Assembly (NCBI RefSeq): GCF_009914755.1
Contig: NC_060933.1
From: the human T2T-CHM13v2.0 reference genome, Homo sapiens
Strand: one strand, 5' to 3'
Length of the DNA stretch: 64,000 nt
A program made the position numbers and the translations under genes. Below the pieces are notes generated by a model. That model did not search any database. It was not told where the DNA came from and saw only the letters and a program-made list of their open reading frames with translations. The first letter of the stretch is position 1. Each line of letters starts with the position of its first letter. Below, piece after piece: positions 1 through 14,870 of this stretch.

Positions 1-44
1 AAGAAGCAGCTGTGGTAGAGTTAGAGAAAACAGTTTCCGGCTTA

Positions 45-299
<255 letters not shown>

Positions 300-1450
300 T
301 CAGGCCCAGGAGCCCCAGCATCAGCCAAGGCCACTGCACAGCAGCACAGAGCAGGGTCAGCAAGCAGGACACAGACTTTATGACAAAAGGAACTTGAAGG
401 TGCTAAACTAACAAAAGAATTAGAAAAGACAGTAATACTTGAAGGATTATAATATGCAATCTTCCTTTTGACCTGTACATGTATCTCTGGGGCTCTGGTG
501 CTTCGTTTAAATCTATGTGTCATGATGCATCATTTCGCCTTGCAGTTACCCATTTTTGTGTGTTTTCTTGGCTAAAAAGGGAGCCTTGGCTGTCAGTGGC
601 GGCTCTTGCTCAGGCGTGGACCTTAGGTTCTTAAACTAGGGCAGCACAGTGGATTTTTGCCTCACGAATGCCAGGCAGAATAAGTGTCTGTGAGAAGCAA
701 AGGAAGAGGAAGACACATGTAACACCTGTAAATTGGTCAAACCAACATAAAAATAGCCCAGGCTTAAAGAGTTTCGCTTGTCAGTGCCCTGGGAGGGTCT
801 TACCTGTTTTCATTTCACCACTTTCCTGTCCTAATCAAGTTAAGATAAGATATTCCTTCCTGGTGTCTGCTTCATTGAAACAACACAAGAAAAGACAACA
901 CAGTTTACAGAAAGGAAAGGGTCCGTGTGGCCTTTTGTGGACGGGTGTGGGGTTTAATCCCCAAGAGGCTCTGGCTCGTGGGGTTGAATCCTGATGTGAC
1001 TGGCTGAATTGCTGGATGTCTGGGAAGAACTCCCTAGGGTTTGGTGACTGCTCCTGGAAGATTCAGTTGTGTCAAGGTGAGTGAAGTGCAGGGAAACTGG
1101 TGGCTCTTGCATAAGGGGCTGAGGAGCCTTGAGAGAAGACTCACTCACCTTAAGGGAAATGGCAGACTAGCTGGGCCTTCCTTACACAATGCCTCAAGTC
1201 AAGTGAGGTACTCACTGGCCTTAGGGGCCTCAGGGGCTGTGAGCAGGAACCAAGAGGGAGTTTATTAACTAAAATCTGCTGCACTCTTCAGAGTGGTGTA
1301 GCAAAGAATAGACACAGTGTGGGTGAAAGGATTGAGGCCTTGAGGGGTCTGGAGGTACTGCATGACTTTGTAGCTGGGAAGGCAGCTTAGAAGGTGGAGG
1401 AAGCTGCAGCCTTGCTGGGGGATATGCTGCTTTCTCTACTAATTCTCTTA

Positions 1451-1746
1451 TGTTTTGGGACAGGGTCTCACTCTCGTCACCCAGGCTGGAGTGCAGTGGC
1501 ATTGTGATCTCGGCTCATTGTAGCATTGACTTCCTGGGCTCAGGTAATTCTCCTACTTCAGCCTCCTGGGTAGCTGGGATAACAGGCACGTGCCACCACA
1601 CCCAGCTAAGTTTTTGTATTTTTAGTGGAGACAGCATCTCACTTTGTTGGCCAGGCTGATCTCAAACTCCTGGGCTCAAGAGATCCTCCTATCTATCTTG
1701 GCCTCCCAAAATGCTGGGATTATAGGCATGAGCCACCATGCTCAGC
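1451..1746 (-). mobile_element. Alu (AluJ-like)
   Basis: Reverse-strand Alu consensus (CCCAGGCTGGAGTGCAGTGGC, GCTGGGATTATAGGCATGAGCCAC). Confidence 0.9.
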
Positions 1747-1760
1747 TGAATGGATTCTTC

Positions 1761-2059
1761 TTTTTTTTTTTTTTTTTGGAGACTGAGTCTCACTCTATTG
1801 CCCAGGCTGGAGTGCAGTGGTGCGATCTCGGCTTTCTGCAAACCTCTTCCTGGGTTCAAGCGATTCTCGTGCCTCAGCCTCCGGAGTAGCTGGGATTACA
1901 GGCACCCATTACCACGTCTGGCTAATTTTTGTATTTTTAGTAGAGACTGAGGTTTCATCATGTTGGCCAGGCTGGTCTTGAATTCCTGACCTCAAGTGAT
2001 CTGCCCGCCTCGGCCTCCTAAAGTGCTGGGATTACAGGTGTGAGCCACTGCGCCTCGCC
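1761..2059 (-). mobile_element. Alu (AluS-like), in tandem with the preceding Alu
   Basis: Poly-T followed by a full dimeric Alu body. Confidence 0.92.
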
Positions 2060-2733
2060 TAAATAGAGTCTTAATATGACTCCAAGGTATCTCTGAGACC
2101 CCATCACACTGACACATTTGCAGACACAACTGTTGCACAAAAGTCCCTCATCTCTTAAAGGGTGAAGTATGTCGGAGTTAAATAAGATCACTTATGAGAG
2201 CTGGATATCTGGGCTCACTCTCTACATGCATGGTTTGTGCTGGCACACCCCCACCCCCACCCCCAGGGGCCTATCATTTCAACCTATGCCTAAGTTCCTA
2301 CCCCTCCCCATCTTCAGGAGCATTGGCAAATCATGAAAACTTCTCATGAAGGAGTTTACTTAAAATTGTGTAGGACGCTGTTTAAAAATCAGTTCAAAAT
2401 GGAACTTGGTTCATATGGTTTCCGTTTACCATTATTATACACTGGCATTAATTCTGTAGTCCTGTGAGTACAGACTGCAAAAAACAAAAAAAGGACTTTA
2501 GTGGTTAAAACTCTAAAATATACTCTCAGCCTCCTTCTGACTTGAACTCTTTCCCTCTCCTTGTTGCTTCCTTCTCTTAGTTGGGTCAAATTCCATCACT
2601 TGTAGGTGAAATGAATATTGATAACTGCCCTGGTTTTATCATTTTGCCCAAATGATTGCAAAACATTCCAAAGCATTATCTTCTCTTGTCATATGTAGGC
2701 CTAGTGACATGCACATTCTTCCAGAACCTCTGC

Positions 2734-2793
2734 ATTTTAATACTTAAGTAACTCCTTAAACCTATTTTAATGCTTAAGTAACTCCTTGAACCT
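2734..2793. repeat. 30-bp tandem duplication (ATTTTAATRCTTAAGTAACTCCTTRAACCT x2)
   Basis: Two adjacent copies with 2 mismatches. Confidence 0.9.
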
Positions 2794-3433
2794 ACATCTG
2801 TCCTCTGAATACAAGTCTAATGTGTTCAGTGGAAGGAAGGTAGGCATAGATATCAGTGAAGCTTGGATTTAAATCTCAGCTCACATACTTCCTAGCTGTA
2901 TCACCTTTTGTAATGTTAACCTGCCTGGGCCTCCATTCTGTAACATGGGATCACTTCCACTTTCCTTATAGGGCCTTTATAATGACTGGGGATCTATATA
3001 TCTATCTATCTGTCTGTCTGTATCTCCCAACACACTGTAGAGGCCCAATGAATGCTGGCTGATATTATTCTGTTATTCTTTTTGTCTCCTCTTCCCTTAG
3101 TCCTTACTTCCCTTTGATCCCCAATTAACTGTTCACACCTCTCTTCTTTTTTTTTAAATTGCCCTCATTATTGGTTATGTTTCCTCCACTTTCATCATTT
3201 TTAGCCCCTGCCTGTTTTTTACATCACAGTTATTCTATAATGAACTTTTCCCATAGTCAAGCTATAATATAATATTTTGGGACAACTCTCAAAATACAGA
3301 CTTCTGAAAATAGGGTCTTATGTTTAGATGGCATAACAGAGGACTGGCTGCTGTCCTGGAAGCAGCCTATCATAGAACTCACCAACATTCATGCAGCCTT
3401 GCTGTAGATTATCTTGACATGACATGCTTTAAT

Positions 3434-3482
<49 letters not shown>

Positions 3483-3488
3483 GTATAC
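3434..3488. repeat. Compound microsatellite (TG)n(TA)n
   Basis: About 55 bp of alternating purine-pyrimidine sequence. Confidence 0.95.
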
Positions 3489-4603
3489 TCTGTAAGGTTT
3501 AGCAACCTGTATGTAGAATTTCCAAGCTTTTGAACCTGTGAGTCTTATTTAAGTAAGTCAGTAGGAGAACTCTAAGAATTTGTATTTTATTAACATATAT
3601 TCTTTCTATGCATTTTCCATTAACTAAGATTCATGCTTCTTAAACTAACTATCAAACACAAGCACTAAAGCCTGACACAGTTTGCTATGGATCCCTGGTG
3701 GGGCTTTGCTCTTCCTCACTTCTTCCTGGGCCTTTTTCTACTACCTCTGGAGAGCAGAGGGGCACATGGTCTTGTAGAGGATAGAGTTGGTCACTACTAG
3801 AGAAACTCAGAGCACACACTGTGTCCTCTGACCTGCAGCCACTTCACACCTTGAATTTGAATCCTCTCCAGCTGGATACCTGAAATAGGCTCTCAAAACA
3901 AGCAGGGTCTAGGAGCCAGTTGGACCCCTGCCTCCTTTCTTCTTGGACCAGAAGAGGACCCAATCTGCTCCTAGAGAAACTTGCTACGATGCAGAAGTGA
4001 GGTTATATGGAAATGAAGTGTGTCCTACCTTTCAGAAACTTGGGAGAGTAGGAGAGACCATTTTTGAAAATCTGGTGAGAAATACTCTTACAGAGAAAAA
4101 CACAGCCCAAAGCACATGGGACCTTCAATCTGAAATTGAATTGTACTGTTAAGCATGTCTGGTGATTCAAAAGACTGGCATACCTTATTTCCAGTCACTT
4201 CCTCGAGGCCTGGGCTTTGTCAATATGTGAAGATGAATTTTGGAGAATCATGTAAACACAATTGAACAGATCTGGGGGATCCAGTCTGATGGGTTTGCTG
4301 AGGCCAATCCAGTCAGCCACGCAGAAGTGTGCTGGACACACAGGCCCCACCACCCCCCGCCAAAGAGGCAGCCTCCCAACAAGCTGCCAATGACATAAGC
4401 AAAGCAGCGTGTCTCAAGTGTCTCCAATCATAAGATTCGCCTGGGAAGCTGGTTAAACTAACACAGCCTCTTAGGCTCCTTCCTGAAGACTGGATTCCAT
4501 GGGTCTATGATGGGGCTAGAAATTTGCATTTCTAACAAAACTCCCTTGTCATCATGGACGTTTTAGAGATATTGATACTATTATTTCTACTGATTTCTGC
4601 TCT

Positions 4604-5296
4604 CGGGAGTCTGTAAACTTTTTCTGCAAATGGCCAACTGGTTAACTTTTAAGGCTTTGTAGAACCGATAGTCTCTCTCTGTCTCTCACTACTCATCAAC
4701 TTGATGTGGTAGCACAAAAGCAGTCAGTCAGCCTATTGCTAATGGTAAATGAGATTTAGCCTAAAGCTGCCTCCTTAAGTTCGGCCTGAAGTTTTCTCTG
4801 TACATTGTGAACTATAACAAATGAAGGTGTAACAAGACCAATCACCGAGTTTCGGTCAATCAAATGTAGCCAACTGCTCAAACTGTGTTCAAATAAGGCA
4901 AACGCTGAGCTGTAACCAATCCAGCTGTTTCTGTACCTCACTTCCGTTTTCTGTATGCCACTTCCCTTTTTCTGTCCATAAATCTTCCACCACGTGGCCC
5001 TGCCAGAGTCTCTGAGCCTACTCTGGCTTGGAAGACTGCCCAATTCACGAATCGTTCATTTGCTCAATTAAACTCCTTTAAATTTATTCGGCTCAAGTTT
5101 TTCTTTTAACAGAAATCAAGAGTCTGCCTGTGTTCCAATTATTTATGGACACTAAAATTTGAATATGTGTTTCAAGTATTCCTTTTCAAATTTTATTTCA
5201 ACCCTTTAAAAATGTAAAAACCATTCTCAGTTCGCAGGCCACAATCACAGGCCATGGGTTGAATTTGGCTCAAAAGCTGTAGTTTGCCAAGCCCTG
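4604..5296. mobile_element. MER58B-like hAT MITE, interrupted by an LTR
   Basis: AAACTTTTTCTG..AA.GGCCA start and TAGTTTGCC..CCCTG end, on either side of the MER57 LTR. Confidence 0.7.
4743..5111 (+). mobile_element. MER57-like ERV1 solo LTR
   Basis: TG...TTTAGCCTAAAGCTGCCTCC, CAAATAAGGCAAACGCTGAGCTGTAACCAATC, ends TTTTAACA. Confidence 0.8.
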
Positions 5297-5377
5297 TTCT
5301 AAGCTAACAGTTGGGGAATCATAATATAAAAGGAAGGACAGACCTGGGTGTGAAATAGCTGCAAAAATATTATCTCG

Positions 5378-5698
<321 letters not shown>

Positions 5699-6291
5699 TT
5701 AGGATTACAAAGAGTACTTAAATAATAGTACCTAGAACATTGCCTCAAACTTAGTAGGTGCTCAATAAAAGAAAGATATTATTTTTGTTGAGTGGATGTA
5801 TGAACACAACACTGATTATCTATTGCTGGGCAACGTGAATAGCCTAGAAGAAACAATAGTCACAGTTACATTGTACTTATATGTCAAGGAACTGTTCTAA
5901 GTGCTTTACATGTTTTAACACATTTAATCTTGATTAAATCCTATAAAATCGGAACTACTATTATTGGCATCTTAAGAAAACTGTGGACAGAAGGGGAAAT
6001 TAAGTTGTTTGAGGGCACATGGTAAGAGGTGCAGATGGGATTCCCACCCAGGCTGTCTGATTCCAAAGTCCATGCTTGTCACCACTAAGCTGTTTTCTGC
6101 AAGGTTAAAAATAATATAGAGCTGTATAAAATATATGAATAGAAACGATTTTTGCATGCCTCAGTTATTTTTGGGGGGAGAGAATTTTTCTCTTTTCCTA
6201 ACATTGATAAATTTGAATTTTTACCTCACTGAAAACATCTAATATTTACATTTCGATAATATCCTATCTTTTCTCAAGACCACACTTTAAA

Positions 6292-6503
6292 GTGGTAGTT
6301 TCCGAATGGTGGCAATTTTATCCCACAAGGGAACATTTAGCAATGTCTGGAGACATTTTGATTGTCATACTTGGGGGATGAAGAGTTGCCACTGAGTAGA
6401 GGCCAGGGATGCTGTAAAACATGCTACCTGTTGGGGACAGCCCCCCACAATGAAGAATTATCCTGCCCTAAATGTCAATAGCACTGAAGTAGAGAAACCC
6501 AGC
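6292..6503. mobile_element. MER20 DNA transposon
   Basis: GCAATGTCTGGAGACATTTTGATTGTCA and GTAGAGGCCAGGGATGCTG hallmarks. Confidence 0.8.
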
Positions 6504-7432
6504 TTTAAAGTCAATGTTAAGTGTTAGCACACAGGACCACGTGAAAAGCACCTCATCTGGTCATTTGAGTCATTTTGGCCTCAGATTCAGATTATCCTGT
6601 TGCTGACTCAAATGACTGCTACGCAGCTGGTTGTGGAAAGGGCTAAAAATACAGATGCACTATCCTTCATCTGGCACAGTTCCACCGTGGCTGGAAAGAA
6701 TTGGAGATGACCTGGGCCAAAAGCTCATCTTAAAAAAAAAAAAAATCACTGAACAGTAGAAGTAGAGAACCAATAATTGAACAATTTCTACCATATCAGG
6801 AGGTCGTCATTTCAGGGACAATCCACTCTTTTGTAGGCAGAAATATTTACAGGATGTGCAAACTAAACAATATTTGCCTTTGAGTAGTTTTTGCTGCTGT
6901 GGTTTGCATATTGTTAATTGTGTTGGAACAAGAAGGGTTGTTTGATGACACTAGCAGACTGTGAGTAGTTACACATGCACACACACACATGCATACACAC
7001 ACTACCTTCTTTAGTGGTGTTACCTCCACACTCTCCTCACTCCTTACCCACCAAAAGTACCCCCAAATCCGGGACTGACATCTAAAATGGGCAACTGTGA
7101 TCTAGCCCTTATCCATTCAAAACAAGGAAGTATTTCGGAAAAGAACATCTACTTTCCTGTTAGGCAAGACTCATACTCATCTCACCTCTATTACTGTTAG
7201 TTCTCACCTCCACCATTTCCTTTATTTTCTGAGAGGAGGCAAAATGTGGCCTGTGAAAGCTGCCTAACAAACGCCACAAATCTTGCAGAGCTATTGAAAA
7301 AGCAAGGTCACAGAACTTTCACTCCTGTGTGTGGCACTTACGACTTGCAGAGAAAACCACACAGATGCATGAGAAATGGACGTTGGCTCCTTGTGGCCAT
7401 CCACTAGGAAGGAGAAAAGGAAATGTGCTTAC

Positions 7433-7573
7433 TGTGTAGAACCAGAACTTCACGATGGGTGCATTGTAGAATTCATAGATTTTTCTGCCGAGGGGGATTA
7501 ACCGGTGCTTGCTCTGAACTTCCTCTTCATCCTTCTTCCTGGAGGACTCCCCGTTGTTTCGTCCCAACATTGC
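7433..7573 (-). CDS. TRPM3: TRPM3 coding exon (~exon 21), 141 nt: [47 protein letters not shown]
   Basis: aacatag|GCA ... ACA|gtaagc. Contains the [14 protein letters not shown] motif that precedes S1. Confidence 0.97.
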
Positions 7574-8089
7574 CTATGTTGGAAGAGAATCGATACCATC
7601 ATGACAGGGCTCTGGAGAGCATGTTGTTCAATGTGCTTACTTTACAGATGAGGAAAGGATGCTCATAGAACCTAAGAACCCAAGGCCCCAGAGATTTAGA
7701 GGTTGTACCGTCCCTAAGAGTGCATTTGCACTACACGTATAATCTGTGAATACCCTTTGCCTGAGATGGAAGGCCTTGGGTGTATTTCTTGACCATTCTC
7801 TTCTCTTCCACCCTGGGAATTCTAGAAGATGTGGGTTATAGATGATACCCAGAGTCCAGAGAGGAAGAAACAGTGTAGCCTGGGAAGGCCAGGCTTCAGG
7901 AATCTATTCTTCCTCCCCACCTGCTCTCTTTCTATATATCATGAAACAGGCTAGATCTGGGTTCAAATTCTGTCTCTTCAGATGATAATGACCCTTAAAG
8001 GTAAATTGGACCAGCATACCTAATTTATCCAAAGGTTGTGAATACTCAAGAGGTAAATTATCTGCTGTGCCTGCAATTAGTTAGGTTAG

Positions 8090-8459
8090 TGATATGGTTT
8101 GGCTCTGTGTCCCCACCCAAATCTCATCTTGAATTGTAATCCCCACATGTCAAGGGAGGGACCTGGTGAGAGGTGATTGATTGGATCATGGGGGCAGTTT
8201 CCCCCATGCTGTTCTCGTGATAGTGAGTTCTCATGAGAACTGATGGTTTTAAAGTGTGGCACTTCCTCGGTCTGTCACTCTCTCTCTCCTGCCACCATAT
8301 AAGACATGCCTTGCTTCCCCTTTGCCTTCCACCATGATTGTGAGTTTCCCAAGGTCTCTTCAGCCATGCAGAACTGTGAGTCAATTAAACCTCTTTGGTT
8401 TATAAATTACCCAGTCTCAGGTGGTATCTTTATGGCCATGTGAAAACGGGACTAAAACA
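8090..8459 (+). mobile_element. THE1/MST (MaLR) solo LTR with 5-bp TSD GTTAG
   Basis: TGATATGGTTTGGCTCTGTGTCCCCACCCAAATCTC...ACTAAAACA, with GTTAG at 8085-8089 and 8460-8464. Confidence 0.9.
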
Positions 8460-11035
8460 GTTAGCGACATCTCCCTGACCCTTAGGCATGTGCCTTGGTT
8501 CCCTAATTTTAAACACTGTAAATCCTGAATTACTGCTGGTACTAGTTTTATGGAAGTTCCTGTGAACACTGCCTTCCTCTGCAACTACGTGGGACTAGGA
8601 GAAGGATTCCATTCAGGCCTGACCTGGAGAGGTCCTCATCTCCAAGCTGCTGGAAATTTCCTTGAGAACAGAATCATTTCCTTTTCATTCATGACAACAG
8701 TAGCAGTGACAACTATAATGACTTAACTGAGAAAGAGTTCCAGGCCCTGGGTCACTCAGACGGGAGACTGAATCCTAACTCAGACACTTCAAATTGGTGG
8801 CACCATGGGAAAGGTTTTTAACCACTCTGAGACTTAGTTTCTTTAACTGTAAAATGAGGGTAATAAAGTACTCACTATAGGGTTGGCCTACAAGTCAGGT
8901 AGCATCTGGCACTTAGTAAGTGCTCAGTAAACACTAGCTAGGCTTTAAAGTGAACTGAGACCTTCTTAGACACTCCTGACTAAAATGATCTAGTTGAGAT
9001 CACTCACTCACTAGAACAAAAAAGTGTTATTAGAATCTATAACAGCATAATTTCTTGACTTTAATTCTTCAGTACTGTTCTAACACAAAGCTAGTTTCAC
9101 AAAGTTTGGAGATTTTTATTACATGTGAAGACAGGGTAAGACTTTATAACTTCAGGACTGACAAGGATTTGGGGCAAGACAGAGTACTGGGAAACAAGCT
9201 TAAAGTTGAGAGAGCTCATTATAGAAACAATGCATTAGTTTTGAAGTTGAGAATACAGACAATCCTAGATAATTCTGGCTTAAAACCACTTTACCTAAAG
9301 TACACAAATATTAGTTTCAACTACTTGGTTCATTACCTCAAATATCCACTTTACTCAACTATGTAATAATCACAAATGATTGACCTGTAACCAATAGGAT
9401 TTCTGGAGAAGGTAACTTCCATTCCTTTGTGGACTCCGGCTGGAAAAGTCTCTTGGGTTAATAAAGTTAGATTCCATACTAAGACTTATTGAAGTGTGTA
9501 TTTTCATCATTGAGTGGAGTAAATCTTTCTGATGGACATGGCACACTAGACTGTGATAGAATTCTATAAATATTGATCATTGACCTCAAGAAACTGAGGT
9601 TACATGACATTTGGCTGTCTATAATTTATGTAACATAATTATCATGCCTCTGTTCTGCTTATTTATATGCTTGAGAATCTAATGCTATTTGCGGACACAA
9701 TGAGATGAGAGTAAAGACAGCCAGAAGGTTTTTAGGCATCTTGGAGAGTGGCATTTTGGGGTAACTTCTGGGGATGGTGACTTTCCCAACAGAGCTATAG
9801 ACATGTCCTGGGTCTGTGGACTTGTGGGGACTTTATTAGGCAAAGTGGAGACATTTAACCAGCACTGCATTCAAAACAAAAGCAAAAACCTGTTTTGCCT
9901 TTATTATTCAGATATATTCCAGCATGAATGCATTTGTAAAAGGCTTGTCTTTCACGGGTTTAAGTAAAGCATTTTTGACATTTCATTAATTCCAGCCTAA
10001 GCAGCTTAACTTGTGATTTTGTTTATGTCTTTTCTCTGTATTCAGACATTTCCTTTGACATTCCTTAAAGCAGAATCTAACAGGGTCAAATATAGACAAA
10101 ACTGCACAGCATGATTTGAGAATCTATGCTGGCTAGACACAGATGTCAAGGCTGAGAAAGTTCTTTTGAGGTGAACTAAACTACTAAAAGCTACAAAAAT
10201 GGAGTGAATTGAGGTTGATATTTTCGTGTGTCGTTTTGGAAGGGCCAAAGGAAAATGTCCCATTCCAAGAGAGGATATACTGGTTTAACACAGAAGCTCA
10301 AATATCAATCCCATAAAAGGAGGGGAAGTGCCAATGAGCTGCACTCTGCAGTTCTGTCCAAGTTCTGTCCACTGACCAGTGCCTGAGCAGTGACAGAATT
10401 TGCCATCAGAGTCAAGGGAAGGGTCCACTTTACAGACAACTGCTGTCCAGCCCTGAGTTTGCCAGGCCACATGTCCTTTCCTTCTTTCCTTCTCCCTGCT
10501 GTTTCTGCCTGTGGAGAAGAAGCTTGGGCAGCAAAGCTCTTGCAGAACCTTCTACTGGGCTCTTAGTAAACAACGTCAGGGTCTATTCTCTTGTTACTAA
10601 ACTTTGCTCTTAGTCTAGAGATGCATCTCTTATGGTGGCTTCTTGAAGGATCAGGTTCTCAAAGCTCTAGGCTGAGCAGGGGAAGCTACCTCCCTTTGCT
10701 TTCTTCCTTGAGACCCAACCAGAGAGAATGCTGATTCAGTTTCTGGATGTCTTCCTAGGATGTGTGCTGATGTCAGGACTGTGCCACACTTGACTTTGGA
10801 GGCTCATTCATCACTTTTGGATTCTTTCTGCTACATGGTGGACCAAATCGGCTGAGTGGCCACACTTGAGACTAGAGAGACATTCTCTCTCACCCTTAAC
10901 CTATTGTCTAAAAGTGTGGCTGATGGAGTCTATATGCCTGGGTTCTAATCTTAGCTTTGCCATGAACAGGCTGGGTATCCTTGAGCAATTTAACCTCTAT
11001 GACTGTCAGCTTCCTCATTTGTAAAATGGGGATTA

Positions 11036-11340
11036 GGACTGGGTGTGGTGGCTCACACCTGTAATCCCAGCACTATGGGAGGCCAAGGCTAGAGGACTGC
11101 TTGAAACCAGGAGTTCAAGATTAGCCTGGGCAATCTCTTAAAAAAAAAAAAAAAAAAGGCCAGGTGTTGTGGTGTGCACCTGCATTCCCAGCTACTTGGG
11201 AGGCTGAGGTGTGAGGATCCCTTGAGCCCAGAGGATCCCTTGAATCCCATTGAGGTTACAATGAGCTATAATCACACCATTTTACTCCAGCCTGGGTGAC
11301 AGAGTGAGACCCTGTCTCTAAAAATAAATAAATAAATAAA
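11036..11340 (+). mobile_element. Alu (AluJ-like) inserted in a MIR, TSD AAAATGGGGAT
   Basis: Alu body with a long central A run; MIR core (TGTGAGGATT, AAAGCACTTAGCAC) resumes after it. Confidence 0.88.
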
Positions 11341-12688
11341 ATGGGGATAATAATAGTGCCTATCTTGTGGGACTTTTGTGAGGATTCCATTAGTAAGTAT
11401 GTGTAAAGCACTTAGCACTGTTAAAACACTATTAGTTCACAGTGTGCCAGTCTCCAATATAAGTAGTTTACAGGCACACTTTTTACACGAGACAACTACT
11501 TGTGAGGTAGACAACATTATTGTTCCTGTGTTTGAGGTTATAAAATTGTGCCCAAGGTCACACAGCAAGTAGGTAATGGGGCAGGATTCTGGCTACAGAG
11601 CACATGTTCAGCTGAAATATTCCAAAAAGATTCAGTATTACTATTGCCAATTTTCTTCTAATGATCAAACTATTATATTCTATTCAGAGGACAAAACTAT
11701 GGTGAGATTGTTAGGGAAGACAGTCGTCTGTTACAGAGCTGAGCCGACTCCTCCACAGATTTTTATACAAATCCTCAAACTGAAACAAAAGTTGGCCTTT
11801 CATTCAGTAAGTCAGGGATTATGTCTGCAAATAGATCTTTAGGAGAAGCCTACTGGAAGCAAATATTGTTTACCTGCAGGAGAAACAATTCACACTGCTG
11901 TCCTACTAGGATAATAATGCAAAGGCCTTTTGTCACCTGAGCAAAATTAATTTGTGATTTCACCCCTTATAGCTTCTGGGTCACTACAGCAATGGTCATT
12001 GGTGGGGGTGGTGAGGGAGGGTGAGGCATATTGAGAAAGTCCTTATGGAGCTGTTGCTTGATGACTTCCAAGCTATGAAGCCTTGTTTGTCCCTTTAACA
12101 GAATGTGATATTTTTAGCCTCTGCACATGAGCCAGTGGCAGTCACGCTGCTCAGGCGGGGGTTGCAAGAAGCTGTCCCATGTCCAGCTGCCCCCTTCCCT
12201 CTGCAGAACAAAGCCTCTATGCTCTATAATTATATGAGGAAGAGCTAATAAAAGCTTTGCATACAAACCTCAAAATTCAATTAGTGCTGTAATTGTGAGC
12301 CTGACCCTGAAGACAGATACAGGCTTAGCTTCTGATCCGCAGAACAGTACCAGTTCAGTGAAGCCGGCTGCTCTCAAATCATGGATTCCCTTTCCTTCTC
12401 TGTGTGCTGAGACAGACACATCATCTGGTTGTTTAAAAAGCTTTGCTTGTTTGGAAAATGTAGAGTGTCTTGCTTTAGAATTTCATTGGTTTGTCCTGCA
12501 CCACTAGCTGGCTGCAAGACTTCACATATGGGTGGACCCTATGGTCATGCTATTTACACTTTTCCAATACCCTGGTCTCAATACTGAAATGAAAGCACTC
12601 CATGATTAAACCTGGTGGAAGGCTGGGAACAGATGTCTGACCTAAGGAGTTACTGAATCTTGAGCATATCGGTGGGACAAGTGGATTA

Positions 12689-12898
<210 letters not shown>

Positions 12899-14199
12899 CT
12901 AAAGTAATAATAATGATAATAATAATAATCACATTTAAAGGATTAAGATTAGGGTGGTTGTTTAGAATCAGAGAGCCTGAGGTATGGGGTATAAGAGTGT
13001 ATGCGTGTGTGTGTGTACACATGCACACACAGTTGTTATATGCTCTGTGGGGGACCTGGACATCTGAGTAACTAACATATTAACATATTAATACTAAGAG
13101 GATCATTTTGTCCCATCTAGGAAATATTTTGCACAGCTCAGTCTCATTTTTGGAGGAAAAAAGCATTTTGCCCAAATTTGTCTTACCCAATTAACACCCA
13201 CTTTGCATGTGGGTAACAGAGGAAAGAGAGACTCTATTTAAGGCAAAAGTGGGAAAGAATTCAGATTTACATTTAGCCATTAGACAGCGCTTGATTTTGA
13301 CTGTGAAATCAATTCATACATCTGTCCACTGGCATTTTTTTTTTTTTGCTAATGTGTCAAGTGGAGTGGATTATGTGTTATCTGATTATCTCTGCAAAAA
13401 AAAAAAAAAAATGCTGTCCTAAGTTGACCTTGAGAGAATACATGTAGGAAAGCATTTAATTCATTTTAGGGCATCTTCCTGGTATTTGCTACGAGAACAG
13501 CAGAAACACAAACACACATACACACACACACACCCCCCAGTGGGCTCCGTATGTGCTGAGAGAGTCCCTTTACACACAAGCCCCAGGAGAAGCCAGCGCT
13601 GTATTTCTCTCATGTATAAACATCACGCATAAATCTATGCAAGGACACTAAATACGGAAGCCTTTCTTCTGAGAGGGCGGTCTCATTCTTCAGAATGAAC
13701 AAGTGTGTTTCTGCATGATAATACTGATGTCTGACTGTATTCCCCAAGTCCTCTCTCACCTCTTCTCTCAATCCTAAAACAATTCTGGGGCACAAGACTT
13801 CTGAAGATGAACCTCCTTAAAGAAACTGCTCCAAGGTGAGGGGCTAAGACTCCTCTGAAGGGTCAGGAAAAATGATCCTGAAGTAATGAGGCAGGAACAG
13901 TCCTTGCTTGAATGCCCACAGGGACGCCAAAGTAGTTCAGGGAAAATGGCTGTGAATTCATGATGCTGAATTCTGGGTGCCTGGCCGGCCTACGAAGGCT
14001 CAGGTGGCATGCTGGCATCTTCAGGGGACATGACACCCTGTCCTCGGAGCTGAGAGCCAGCCTGACTCCCTTCCTAAGGCCGGGCTTGGCGGTCACCAGC
14101 AGTGTGGCTATGGAGTGCCCATGACCCACATCACAGAACCTTTCTGTGACTCTAGGCCAAGAGCCCACAGGAAGAGTGGTATGGAGAAGGGGTATTGGT

Positions 14200-14870
<671 letters not shown>

